DNA of 36,610 nucleotides from Octopus bimaculoides (lineage: Eukaryota), in contig NC_068984.1 in NCBI RefSeq assembly GCF_001194135.2, positions 3,178,778-3,215,387 of the forward strand, read 5' to 3'. A program made the position numbers and the translations under genes. Under the pieces are notes generated by a model. It was given only the letters and a program-made list of their open reading frames with translations. It had not been told where the DNA came from and searched no databases. How positions within the stretch are numbered: position 1 is the stretch's first letter; each line of letters begins with the position of its first letter. Of this stretch, positions 11,057 to 22,724 are shown in pieces.

Positions 11057-12021
11057 GAGCTGTTTAATTGATAAAAGTAGTAGCAACAAGTGAGGTTGTC
11101 ATTTGTTGAGGACGGCGTCGTCGGTGTAGCATGTCGCTTCAGCATTGGCAACAACAACAACAACAGCGAGAACAACCATGAAGTGAATGCTTCTACTGTC
11201 GGGAACTTGTTATTTACTTCAGCAAAAACAAGAAAATAACAACGACGACTACAACAAAAGGTGTCTCTCGTTGAAAATGCGTGACCCCTTCGCGTCCCCT
11301 ATCATTGTATGCCTGCAAGAGTGGGGAACACTAGACGGATCGAACTACAGCCAACAAAGTCAATGGAATTTATTCATAGGGAGTTCAGAGTTCGGCTGAG
11401 AACCCTGCAGGAATAAATGACCCTTCAAAACCCCTTAAATCCGCAGCTCTGCTATATCTTCCTCAGGTATGTCATTGTTATGATATATTTTACGATTAGT
11501 CTTTGATACTTTAGGCACGCGCACCTCTGTCGTAACTTCATCGAATAAAGAAACTGCACTTTGTTACATAAAATAATGTTCTTTCTGTCCCCTCAACACA
11601 CACACACACACACATGCATAAATGTATACACACACATGCATAAACGCGTACACCCATATACACGCGTACACACGCACACACATGTATAAACGCATACAAC
11701 CATATACACGCGTACGCACACACACACGCAGAAGCGAGTGTGAGTGTTGTGTATTCGACTGAGTGGTGCTTCTGATTATGTAATACAGCCAGCATCTATG
11801 AAAATACATGACCATCTCTCCTCACTTATGCGTGTGTTTGTTTGTTTGTTTGTTTGTGTGTGTGTGCGCGTGTTAGGTTCAGCCGCGACTGTATCTAAAG
11901 TTTCGTGCCAGTCTCCTTCGATTTTGTTTCTTCATAACTTCTGAAAAACGTATATTCTTCAAGGGTTTGAGGACATACCATTTTCGAGGATGTCTTTTAT
12001 GATTATGCTTATGATTGCTTT

Positions 12022-12320
12022 GGAAGGCACATGGTTTATTGGTTAGGGTATTCGGCTCATTACCGTGTATGGTCGTGTGTTCGATTTCCGGAGATGCGTT
12101 GTGTCCTTAAAAAGACACTTTTTTTCATTTTGCTTCAGTCCACTCCGTTGGTAAAAATGAGTTGTACCTGTAATTGAAAGGGCCAGCTTTTTCATATTCC
12201 GTGTCATAATGAGTCTCCCTGAGAATTTCATTAAGGGCACGCGTGCCTGTAGAGTGCTCAACCACTTACACGTTGATAGGATCAACTGGAACCCTCATCA
12301 CCATAACCGCCAGAGTGCCT
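12022..12320 (+). mobile_element. tRNA-derived SINE, near full length
   Basis: ggttagggtattcggctca head, gttcgatttcc B box, gcgttgtgtcctt core, 3' part gtgctcaaccactt...ggatcaactggaaccctc. Confidence 0.75.
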
Positions 12321-12795
12321 GTTGCTTTGGCAGTATTAAGGGTCGTTCTTTCACATCCTTCCCCGAAATTGTTTGCAACAATTTCCGTAACTTTAGCAAT
12401 TTACACTTTTTTAAAAAGATTTATTTGTCTGAAAGGTCAGCGTTGCATAATCTATACCCTCGAAAATGTATGTCGTTTAAAGATACAAAGAAGTTAGAAT
12501 GATAGGAAACTGGCCCAAAATTGTTTTTGGAATTTTATCAATACAATTGTAATCTGCAACTTCAGAAAGATATTTCTGCAAAATTTCATTACAAAATATT
12601 CATTTTTAAAATAGTTACGACAAAACAAAATCTCTGAGGTTGGGGCACCAAACTGTAGTTCTCTCTACACTTTTTAAGACGTTTAGTTGTGACCTGAGAG
12701 AGAGAGAGAGAGAGAGAGGTAGCGATAAAAACAGAGACAGACAGATACAGACGGACAGAGACAGCGACAAACAGACAGTGTGACAGAGAAACCTA

Positions 12796-12845
<50 letters not shown>

Positions 12846-13261
12846 TACTTGGCTGCTATTTCTAGCAAGTCAAGTGACGACCACTTAGGCGCATCCTCGT
12901 CTCGTCAAACGTGTGCATTAAGGGGAGTGTGTGCATGTAAATACATGTATGCAGGTGTGCTGCATATGTGTAGATTGGTGTGTGTGTGTGTGCGTGGATG
13001 CGTGGAGGCATCTAATAGTGGGTGTTTATGTAGGTGAGGTATATAGTTGCAAATGAAGGCTTGTAGAGGTGCGACAGCATGTGTGTGCAAAGGTCAACGT
13101 CTCAGACTGGGTGCGTTTGCGAACAGGTAAGTGTGTGTGCGTGTATGCATATATATATATATACATATACATATATATGCTAATGTATCTGTTTGTATAG
13201 GCAATCGCATATCCATACATGTATGTATAAACAAACGAGTGTATGTGTGTATGTATATGAT

Positions 13262-13465
13262 TGATCGCTAACCACTAAACCCTTTTCTATTTCCTCTCCC
13301 TGTTTATTTCTGTGTTCCTTTCTGTCAAAGAGCGTAGGCTCGAAAAGTAAAAGGCTTTCTCACTTCCCGAGCGTTAAACCAATACATCTGTTTGTTGTTT
13401 ACACACCTGTCTTTGTCTTTTGTCTTGTTTTTTTTTTTTTTTTTTTTTTTTTTGTAAATTCCAAC
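13262..13465 (+). mobile_element. Short non-autonomous repeat with hammerhead-like remnant
   Basis: GAGC-gtag-GCTC-GAAA hairpin preceded by CTGTCAA; embedded in microsatellites; recalled as a common octopus repeat. Confidence 0.45.
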
Positions 13466-13729
13466 TAGATAGATAGATAGATAGATAGATGCTGTATATA
13501 TGCTCCTGCATTAAGTACGTGGTTGAGGTGTGTTCAGACTAATTTAATGCAGTCATTAGTGTGTTTATTAACACAGCCCCCAACCCCACCTATCAACCCT
13601 GCTTAGTCCTATTCTTTCCTGTGTCTAGTCCCTCACTCCCTTTGTGTCACTGTGTGAATCGTGGTGACAACAACAGCTAATTACTACACGAAACTTTGCC
13701 CTTTTATCAAGCACACCTTATATAAGACA

Positions 13730-13915
13730 ACCGGCTACCAGAAATAGCAGCCAAACATCCATATCACACTCTATCGTCTATAAAAAGAAGGAAAAAATGG
13801 AAGTACACATTAGATACTGTAGTCCTAGATATTCGATGTTTTGGGGTCGTGAGGGCTGGGAATTCTTTGATCATCGGTTTACATCGATCAGCGCTAGTCT
13901 GGTGTTATAAAACAG
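13730..13915 (+). mobile_element. Interspersed repeat 3' fragment (agaaatagcagccaaa family)
   Basis: gaaatagcagccaaa...atcacac...acacattagatactgtagtcctagata...ctttgatcatcgg; related pieces at ~6290-6470 (+), ~8750-8880 (-), ~14765-14835 (-). Confidence 0.55.
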
Positions 13916-14439
13916 CAATCCTCTCACTATACTTGCCATGTTAACATGAAAACTACAACAAAATATGAAATACTGAATATTCTGTATTCAAATTTACAGT
14001 TACGTTTCAAAAGAAGTATTTATAGAAAGATTAGACAAATAATTATGAAGTTTGGTTTGCAGGCTCCAAACTTCGGGTTCGATCCCATTTCGGGGCATCC
14101 TAGGCAATTCTCTTGTCTCTATAGCCTTTTCGGTCACTGGAATAAACGAGTATTAGTGCCAGATTCTAACATATTTGTGATTGTATGGAATATAACCTTA
14201 AACGCCACATAAAAGCTTTCAATAATCTGGAGGTCTTCTAATATTTACGCTTTGGGAGTCACCTTTATAAATCAGGTTAATAAGGCATCTACATCTACCT
14301 TGTGAAATATTCCCAGTTGCTGATTCAAATCCAAATTGTCCAGTTTCATACAGCGTATGCCAGACATTTCTACGTCTTAACAGAAATTCTGGGGCTCGTC
14401 TTGTACACCAGCCCCCAACGAAGTATGCGCTTGTAATTC

Positions 14440-14700
14440 CTATTTCAATTTATTTTTCTGCGTTTCTGTCTTCTGCATGGCTTCGGTTGGACTGCCCGGG
14501 ATGGGTAAAGAGCGACGAAACTGTACTGTACGTGCACATGCAGTATCCAAGCATTGCTGACCTGTGGGCTTATGTCAAACAGATGTTACAGCGAGTAGTT
14601 CGAATCCAGCAATCGTCCAAGACCATCGTGAAGATCGGTCCCACCTCCCACAAGGCAGGGCAGACGGTGTTGTTGTCTCCAGAGAGGCTCCTCAGCTGTT
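14440..14700 (+). pseudogene. Decayed L1/Tx1-like LINE ORF2 zinc-knuckle region
   Basis: CPGWVKSDETVLYVHMQYPSIADLWAYVKQML resembles CxxC..ETVxHAxxxCPxIxxLW (zf-RVT) with mutated ligands; locally GC-richer. Confidence 0.55.
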
Positions 14701-14764
14701 AATGAACTTATTGTAAGCATCTAATTAGAGACAATCCTTTTCGGGGATAACTAAGACAGCATTA

Positions 14765-14835
14765 CTTGATGTGTCCTTCTTTTAATGTGTTCAGGTATGA
14801 TTTGAGGGAGATTTGGCTGTTATTTTTAGTTGGTT
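14765..14835 (-). mobile_element. Fragment of the same repeat family, inverted
   Basis: Reverse complement reads aaaataacagccaaatctccctcaaatcatacc...aaaagaaggacacatc. Confidence 0.55.
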
Positions 14836-16994
14836 TAGTGCGACCCCATACAAGTTGGTTCGTTGTCCCAAATTGTTAGTAGTATTAATGGTAGTAATGG
14901 TGGTAGTTTTAGTAGTAGATATTGTAATACGGTAGCAACTTTTAGAGGTGGAGTATGGCGAGAAATGGGGAGAGTGCGTGTGTTTAGAAAAGATGAATGA
15001 AGCGAGATAAATGCCGAGAGAGAGAGAAAGGGGGTGAGAGATGGGGGTGTATGGGAATAATCATCGTTAAAACTCGTAGCACCACCACCGAGAAATCAAT
15101 GAGGCGTTTCGTGTTTGTGAGGAGAATGTTATCCTCTTTCCTGTGTTTTTACTGACACAAAAGAAATTTCACGCTAAGTCAAAGGTCACAGCGTTTAAAA
15201 AGGAACATCTCTTAGAATAAAACGCAGGTGACTTGTAAAAAAAAAAACCCTTCTTATTGACAAGGATGTAGATCAGAAGAAAAATGTTGAAAGTAAAATT
15301 ACCTTTATGGTTTCGAGATAATATTAAAGCGTTGAAATGTAGGGATACAAAGCAACCGCTAATTTTAATGACAAAGGAAATGATTTTATCGTTCAGTTTT
15401 TGTTTATTTTAAGTGATACTTTATTTCAATATGCTACTGATATTTGAGTTGAGGTCAATTAAATAGTTTTCTATCATCTATTCCCGCTTTACCAGCCTTC
15501 AGACTCCACTCTCCGACCCAGCACATTAATACATTCATTCCAAGCTACTCTTATACTGTACCATACTATCAAATCTTATCGTCATGAATGAAAAAAATAA
15601 AAATAAGAAAAACAGGACTATCTTGAAATCTGATCTAAAGTCTATTGAAGTGTTGTAACGTCTTTGTTGGTTACAAACATGAGTGGTCGGTTGGGAAGCC
15701 AACAATGATGTGTTATTCCAATCCCTTTTGGGTCACAGAGCACTTTCCAGTTCATAAACGATCTGGAATCCTCGTTTAGACGAACGGAAGGAAATTAAAT
15801 AAGGAAAAATAAAAGAACCAAAAAAAAAATGGAAAATAAAAAAAGGAAAGTAGAGTAGTGACTTGGCGGGAACGGAGAAGAGTCGCACAAAACAGAAAAT
15901 TACAGAAGCTTGTTTTATCCTTCTATATTTTAAATTACAATCCAGCTGGAGCTAACTTTGTTCTTCATCCGGCTTTAATCGATAAATCCGCTACAACAGC
16001 TCAATCAAGTGACGACAGGCAGCGCTGTTGTTCTCTTCGTAATATTTCTGAAACTGGTGGATGATGGAAAAAGTGAGAGATTTTGACACCAACGACGAAG
16101 TCGGATGACAACTAAAAACCGATGCCTTCTTATCAAATTGATATTTTTCTTTGAGAAGAAATGCAAGAATTTACAGAAATTTATTTCAAGACAAAAAAAA
16201 TAATAATGCAGAAAAAAATCAGATCATATTAATTGAAAATTAAATTATTCCTGCCAATAAATTTCCTGCCTGCTCAGAAATAATGAGACTCTCGACTATT
16301 TTATTTCGTCCTTCACATTTGGAAAGACCAAAGTCCTTCGGGTTAACTTTGTCAATACGAAATACGTTCCATTTATAAAGCTAGAGTTGATTCAGCCGAT
16401 TACACAGTCTCTTATCGCAAGGTTTCTAAACTTTGTAATTTTCGTAAGAAGATCAATAAGATTGGTTATTGATCTTTCCAGTCACAGTACAGCAAGCTAA
16501 CATCAAATCAACTTTCGTCTGGGTGTAATTTTCTTTTTACTCCCTAAATTAAAATGTTTTAGCTAGCAAACTTAACTATATATTCGTCATGCAGGAGTCA
16601 TCCCTGGAAAATTTCCCGGCGTCTTTATTTTAAATATCCTCATCCATGACTGGGACTTCACGGGCACCCTGTACATCGTCTTCATTATTTTCGTGTTTGG
16701 TAAATACCATAAACATTAAGGAGGGCCAAAGCATGTCTAGAGTTATCATTAGTGATAATAATTATTCTTTTAATTACATGTATGAAAAAAAAAAAACAGA
16801 AATTTATAAGAAATCATTATTTACCTCAATGTTTTATATTTATGATTGACACAGTTGAGAAGTTTTAATGGCGTTGAGCGGTTAAAAACATCATTGAAAT
16901 ATAAAATACCCGTGAAAACAACGGGTATTAAACCGGATCAATCTAAAGTGCAGCTTTAGCTGTCAAAACTAGCACTGGCGATAATAGATAACAC

Positions 16995-17300
16995 TTTGTG
17001 GACAAAGGAAATGGTGATGCGGATGATAGTGATGATGAAAGTGGGGGAGGTGTTGGTGGCGGAAATTGTGCGGGTGGTGAGGGTGATGATGATGGTGGTG
17101 GTGGTGGTGGTGGCAATAATGGTGAGGTGGTGGGCATGATGATGATAATGATGATGGTAGTGACGATGATGGACTTGATGATGATGGTGGTGGTGGTGAA
17201 GCTGGTGATAATGACATTGTTGGGGAAGTAGTAGGGATGGTGCTAACGGTGGCAGTACTGACGATGGTGATGGTGGTGGCGAGGGTAGTAGTAATGGTTT
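16995..17300. repeat. Degenerate (GGT)/(GAT) trinucleotide low-complexity tract
   Basis: Direct reading; explains the poly-H/P/G ORFs. Confidence 0.85.
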
Positions 17301-17776
17301 GTAGGAGAACAAGGTATAGAATTTAAGGTTGATGTTTGTATTAGACGGATATTTGATGAAGTTGCAACAAACGTAACTAAATATGTACATGGCAATGTCC
17401 TACACACACACGCACACACGCACACACACACCCACACACAAACACAAACACATAAACGTGTGTGTGTCTGTCTGTCTGTGATTAACACTACCAGAAACAT
17501 AACACATTTCTAGTTACCAAATATTGCTGACAGATTTATAAATAAACCAAATCAACGTAATTTCTGAAGCCGCACCAAACTTGTATCTGTGCGCGTGTGT
17601 GTGTGTTCGAATACAATACAAATATATATACACATATATATACGTGTGTGCATGTGTATGTATGTATGTATGTATATTGACATGTATAGAGGCGTTATGG
17701 AGGGCATTTACGGAAATATGAGCAACGAAGGGAAACGTACTTTATAGTATTTAGTAATTCAAGTATTTGCTTGTGT

Positions 17777-17816
<40 letters not shown>

Positions 17817-18082
17817 TAGGAGGAGGACCAGATTTTCCGCTCCACATCAAAAAGTGTGAGCCAGTTTAGATAACTTCCTTTCCGCGCCACTGAACACAAA
17901 TATTGGTAGAACTAGTTTCCTACGGATGTCATATTTATAGCAGTGACAGCAATGTAAACAAACAGCATCTGATAGAAGAGGAGGAGAAGGAGGAGGAGGA
18001 GGAAGGGGGTAGATGTGTGATGGCGGCAGCGGCGAAGAAAATTTAAAGACAGGAGCATGCTCAAAACTATCTGCTTCAGTAT

Positions 18083-18083
<1 letters not shown>

Positions 18084-18166
<83 letters not shown>

Positions 18167-18215
18167 AAACACACAAACACACAAACACACACACACGCAT
18201 ACGCAAGCACACGCA
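18084..18215. repeat. (CA)n microsatellite (others at 22638-22722, 24585-24653)
   Basis: Direct reading. Confidence 0.95.
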
Positions 18216-18769
18216 CGCACGGAGACATGCGCACACGAATAAGTCGGTGTGAGAGAAGCACAAATGTATATGTTCTGTCACCGTTATCAGCATCATAATC
18301 AACATCATTTACGTACTCTATCCACGCTAGCATGAGTTGGACGAGTCTTCACAGTTCGAGTTAGTTCGTGCTCAGCGTGCTCAGAGAACTACGACTCATT
18401 AAATATTTTCAACCACCGATTGCTCTTCCTAATACCAACCATTCGTCAGGGTATCGATCGTGCATTTCATAACGGCATCAACACTAGAGGAACTATCTTC
18501 TCCAAAAACATAATTCTTTGTTATCCACAATGTCTCCATTCACCCAAGACCGACAATGTCACAAGGGCCTAATGCCGATGCTATACTTATTTTTAAGTCT
18601 TTTTACATATTTTACCGATCTCTATTTGTCAAACCGCTAGTTTATGAGACAAAGAGCTGCCTCGGTTTTTAAACGGTGTAAGTGCAACCATCGCTTGTAT
18701 ACATGTCTTTGTCATACAATCAATGCCATTCCTCTCTGACGTTCTGCAACTACATTCTGGTCAAGTGGA

Positions 18770-18886
18770 AATATCACCTTACTTCGAAATAGGTAAGGGC
18801 ACCTGGCCGTTGAAAATCTGCTTCAATTAACTCCGTTCGAGCCTCGCAAATATGGAAAAGTGGACGTTAAACGACGACGATGATGG

Positions 18887-18961
<75 letters not shown>

Positions 18962-18962
18962 G
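18770..18962 (+). mobile_element. SINE/RTE-type 3' end with (GAT)n tail
   Basis: aagggcacctggccgttgaaaatctgc...atggaaaagtggacgttaaac followed by a long (GAT)n; same tail recurs at 31530-31590. Confidence 0.65.
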
Positions 18963-19699
18963 ATTGTTAGCTGCTGGGTGGTAAGGAGCTTGAATCAAGG
19001 TATTAAAGTGTGTTATGCGATCAGTAGTGGAACTAGCAGTACATTGGCTGACATGCACTGTACAGCGGAACGGTTCAGTACTCTGACCGTTTAAGGCGCT
19101 AATGGTAGTGGTGGTGGTGGTAGTGGTGGTGATGGTAGCAGTAGTAGTAGTAGTAGTCCAGCATTTCAACTCCTTGTGAGCATCTCCCTTGTATTTTCTT
19201 CTGCAGAGAGCTCGGACCTTGCTTCTTGCTGCATGATGCCAAAAGACCTCGAGAAAAAAGATGGCCGAGGCAATTCGGTCGGAGGACAGAAAAGGATTGT
19301 CACGTTTTAGGGTTGACGTCTTGTTGTCGGGGAAGACTTCAAATGAAGGATGGGGTTGGAGTAGGCGAAAGGTTTATGCTGTTGTTGTTGTTTAACAGCA
19401 ATGTAGTTGTGACTGGGAATCCTTTTGAACAATGACGTTCCATCTATGACCATCATGTCTTTTGTTCAGGCACAGTGTATCTATGACAACGTTATTTAAT
19501 GTATCTTTTTTTTTATGGCGGCGAGCTGTGATTTAAGGCAGATTTGTTAGCTAATTCTAGTAGGCTTTGCTCAATGTGTGCATATGTTGATGGTGATGGT
19601 CATATAAAATGGATGGCGGAATAACAAAGAGGGAAGAGTGTATTTAAAGCAATATAGGATATGACGTTAGACTTTCACACTCCATACCCTTCCACGGAG

Positions 19700-19740
<41 letters not shown>

Positions 19741-20520
19741 CACACACAAACGCACGTGCATAGAACTTGTTTGGCGTCATATCAATAAAATGATGATGGT
19801 GTTGATCACAGTGGTGGTGGTGATGATGATGATGGTGATCATCATCATCATCATCATCATTGTTCAAGGAGAGAGATGAACACTTATGCGTTAACTAGTT
19901 TTTTCAAATGAATGTGGTTATGTAACTTGTAAAGGCGACAGGCTGTGTCTTGTGACTTAATTACTTCAACGAAATTCTGAGAGAGATTTCAAAGTCACGA
20001 GATGTTACTAATGGATTCTATTCTTCATATAAATGTAGAGATAATTAGCGAAAATAATAGAAACAGAAAAGAATTTATCAAATTGTTTTTCACTTCTTTT
20101 TCAATGCATTTTGTTTTGTTTCTAGAGAAGTTACTCGTGCTTTTGTGTCACGAAGGCTATAAAACTTACACAATTCCCGTTTTAACCGCTAGCAATCACG
20201 ATCCACAACATCATATTCTCTAATTTTATATGATTTCTCAATCACATGGTCTTCTAATAGTTTCATTCTTCGATTACAAACCTAAAAATTTATTTTATTT
20301 TATTTTTACAGCTTATTTTAAAAAAATAACTTTTTTCGATTTTTATCTCAAATTTGTTCCATTAAAAGTTCCTCAGTTTTATNNNNNNNNNNNNNNNNNN
20401 NNNNNNNNNNNNNNNNNNNNNNNNNNNNNNNNNNNNNNNNNNNNNNNNNNNNNNATATATATATATTTAATTATAGTTTGTAAAAACAATATTGCTCTTC
20501 TTGAACTGTTTTCGTTAACT

Positions 20521-20551
20521 TTCATTGTTTTTCTTTTTCTATCTCTTTCAG
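20521..20551 (+). other. 3' splice site preceding the coding exon
   Basis: Long polypyrimidine tract ttcattgtttttctttttctatctcttt followed by CAG|G, 46 nt upstream of the ATG. Confidence 0.7.
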
Positions 20552-20597
20552 GGGTTAACTGATGCTGGTTTAGGAAGCCGTTACTTTTGGATTCAAG

Positions 20598-22550
20598 ATG
20601 AAGCTCCGTCAGCTAATGGTCAGCTCCTTGCCCCGAATGAGGGCCAGGAAGAAAAAACAACCGTCTTTTCAAGTACTGAACAATGAAGCCCAACAGTACG
20701 ACCGCAACTGCAATAGTTTTAGTCCAGAAATGTCCCCTGATATGAATGCAAAAGGTGACATTGATATTGTGAAAAATGTCTGCTTCCGAAGTGGAATCGA
20801 AAACAGCGGCAGTGTTAGTAGTGGCACCAGTAATGGGAACCATACCAGTTCAACAACCACCACCACAACAACAGCATCAATAACGTCAACAAATAATGTA
20901 GGCAATGGCAGTACAAACAAGACTGAGAACAATTGCCATGCTATAGACTGCATCGATGTTGTGAACTTTAATGTGAACATCAAAGGAGCGCCTGGTGACA
21001 ACAAATGCGTTTGTTGCGACAAACACATTTCACAGATTATGGCGTCATCTTCGTCATCATCATCACAAGATGCTGAAAGTACAGATAACGATGAGAATAG
21101 CAGCACCAGTGGCTGTAGCTCGGCTTCTAGCGACAAGCAGAACATTCCGAAGACACGATCTCGCATCCGGACCAATCCTTGGTTACCTTCACCAAGACCG
21201 ACACCATCCACTTCACCAACTTACTCGTCTTCCTCATCCTCACTTACCTCTCATTCGCCCCTAGTGTCGCCACATATTACTAAGGGCCGATATTCACATC
21301 CGGCCGCCAACGCTGATTTCCGGCGACTCCAAGAAAATAAAGGATGTCGAGTACGCTCTGACCGCAGCTGGACACGAAAGTTCGTACTGACCAACTTAAA
21401 CGCCGCAATTGGCAACGGCCGTCCACGTGGTTATTACTTGTCGGACAGTGATGAACAATCACCAATCGGAGACAAGAATGGGTCGATTACAGAAGAAGAA
21501 GACGACGGATACTTTGACCATCGAATCAGTTTCGAATATGAAGAAACACTGGAGAATTTGCTGGAAGGAGACCTCCAACAGCTGCGGAACGAGAGTTACC
21601 TTTCCATACAAGACTTATTAACCGACGACTCGCGTCGCGATAAACGGAGGAGCACTTGCTCAGAATTCAGTTGTTGCCATGACGACAGCTGTGATGAAAG
21701 CGTTGCAGCCGACGCCATTAGCAACGACCTGGAAGGTTCATTAGTTTCATCAACTCTCAGCTCTGAGTTGACTGATATACGGGAAACAGACACTGGCTAT
21801 TCAAGTTTAGCCTTCGACAGTCCCTCATCTGATTTAGACAAGGCTTTTGAAAATATTTCAGAACAAGGAGACATTAATGCTACAGTACAAACTGGGCGAA
21901 GAAGCAGAGATTTATCCGATGACAACAACAAAACGGAAGACGAGGAATCCGAGATTCGGTCTGAATTAGCCGAAGAGAGCGAGCTTATGGATCTTTTCCG
22001 TGACGATTTAACTGATGACGAAGTGGTTGCAACTTTGGACGAATCGACAATAAAGGTTCTTCAATCTACCGATTGCTGCTCTGATGACGATGAGCTGTTG
22101 GCATTGGAAGAATCGGAAAAAGTATCCAGTCTTGTCGGCAAAAACCAATACGTAAAGCCTACTGGAAATGAGAAAGACAGTATAGCTAAAGTTGTGGTCG
22201 ACGACGATGGATGTGTCACCGGTGCTGTGCCGCGTCGATCTCTCAACGAGATAAGATGCAGTCTTGAAGAGAAAGTCAACAAACTTCGCCAAGAGAAACA
22301 ACTTGTGGAGCAAAAAATTCGTGAGGCGAAAGAAGCCGAAAAGATCCGAGTGCAAGAGAAAAGGAAATTACAAAAACACGTGATCATGCACCGGAAACAG
22401 ATGCTTCTACAGACACTAACCAATCTAAAGGAGAGGTTAGAAAACCAAAGCACTCGTCTGCAAACAAGCTACAGCGCCGTTCTTTCGATGCAGCAAAGAT
22501 TTGCACAACGCCAATCTCCATTGCTGCTGATATCAGCGAGTAGCTCTTGA
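20598..22550 (+). CDS. Uncharacterised 650-aa protein: Ser/Thr/acidic low-complexity body, C-terminal coiled coil (~residues 550-635); whole CDS in one exon
   Basis: 1953-bp stop-free frame in AT-rich DNA, non-microsatellite composition. ATG has A at -3; in-frame stops upstream (TAA 20556, TAG 20571). C-terminus SLNEIRCSLEEKVNKLRQEKQLVEQKIREAKE...LQTLTNLKERLENQSTRLQ has heptad-like character. Family not recognised. Confidence 0.9.
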   Translation: MKLRQLMVSSLPRMRARKKKQPSFQVLNNEAQQYDRNCNSFSPEMSPDMNAKGDIDIVKNVCFRSGIENSGSVSSGTSNGNHTSSTTTTTTTASITSTNNVGNGSTNKTENNCHAIDCIDVVNFNVNIKGAPGDNKCVCCDKHISQIMASSSSSSSQDAESTDNDENSSTSGCSSASSDKQNIPKTRSRIRTNPWLPSPRPTPSTSPTYSSSSSSLTSHSPLVSPHITKGRYSHPAANADFRRLQENKGCRVRSDRSWTRKFVLTNLNAAIGNGRPRGYYLSDSDEQSPIGDKNGSITEEEDDGYFDHRISFEYEETLENLLEGDLQQLRNESYLSIQDLLTDDSRRDKRRSTCSEFSCCHDDSCDESVAADAISNDLEGSLVSSTLSSELTDIRETDTGYSSLAFDSPSSDLDKAFENISEQGDINATVQTGRRSRDLSDDNNKTEDEESEIRSELAEESELMDLFRDDLTDDEVVATLDESTIKVLQSTDCCSDDDELLALEESEKVSSLVGKNQYVKPTGNEKDSIAKVVVDDDGCVTGAVPRRSLNEIRCSLEEKVNKLRQEKQLVEQKIREAKEAEKIRVQEKRKLQKHVIMHRKQMLLQTLTNLKERLENQSTRLQTSYSAVLSMQQRFAQRQSPLLLISASSS

Positions 22551-22601
22551 GACAACTCAACCAAAGATTTCTTGCTTTCAGGGCAACAATATCAAAATTA
22601 C

Positions 22602-22610
22602 TAGGTGAGT
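22602..22610 (+). other. 5' splice site downstream of the stop codon (3'UTR intron start)
   Basis: TAG|GTGAGT consensus donor; the exon would end at 22604, 54 nt after the TGA. Confidence 0.55.
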
Positions 22611-22636
22611 CCCTTCATTTTAGTTTGATTGCTTTT

Positions 22637-22724
<88 letters not shown>

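Noticed and set aside
16449-16476. 11-bp stem-loop (and a 9-bp one at ~16906-16930)
   Set aside because: Short AT-rich hairpins expected by chance; bacterial terminators are irrelevant in this eukaryotic context.
17847-18333. Minus-strand ORFs with Pro-rich and Cys-His content
   Set aside because: Driven by (TG)n and (CCT)n repeats; no support for coding.
20613-22453. Antisense and alternative-frame ORFs overlapping the 650-aa CDS
   Set aside because: Expected shadows of a long low-complexity coding exon.
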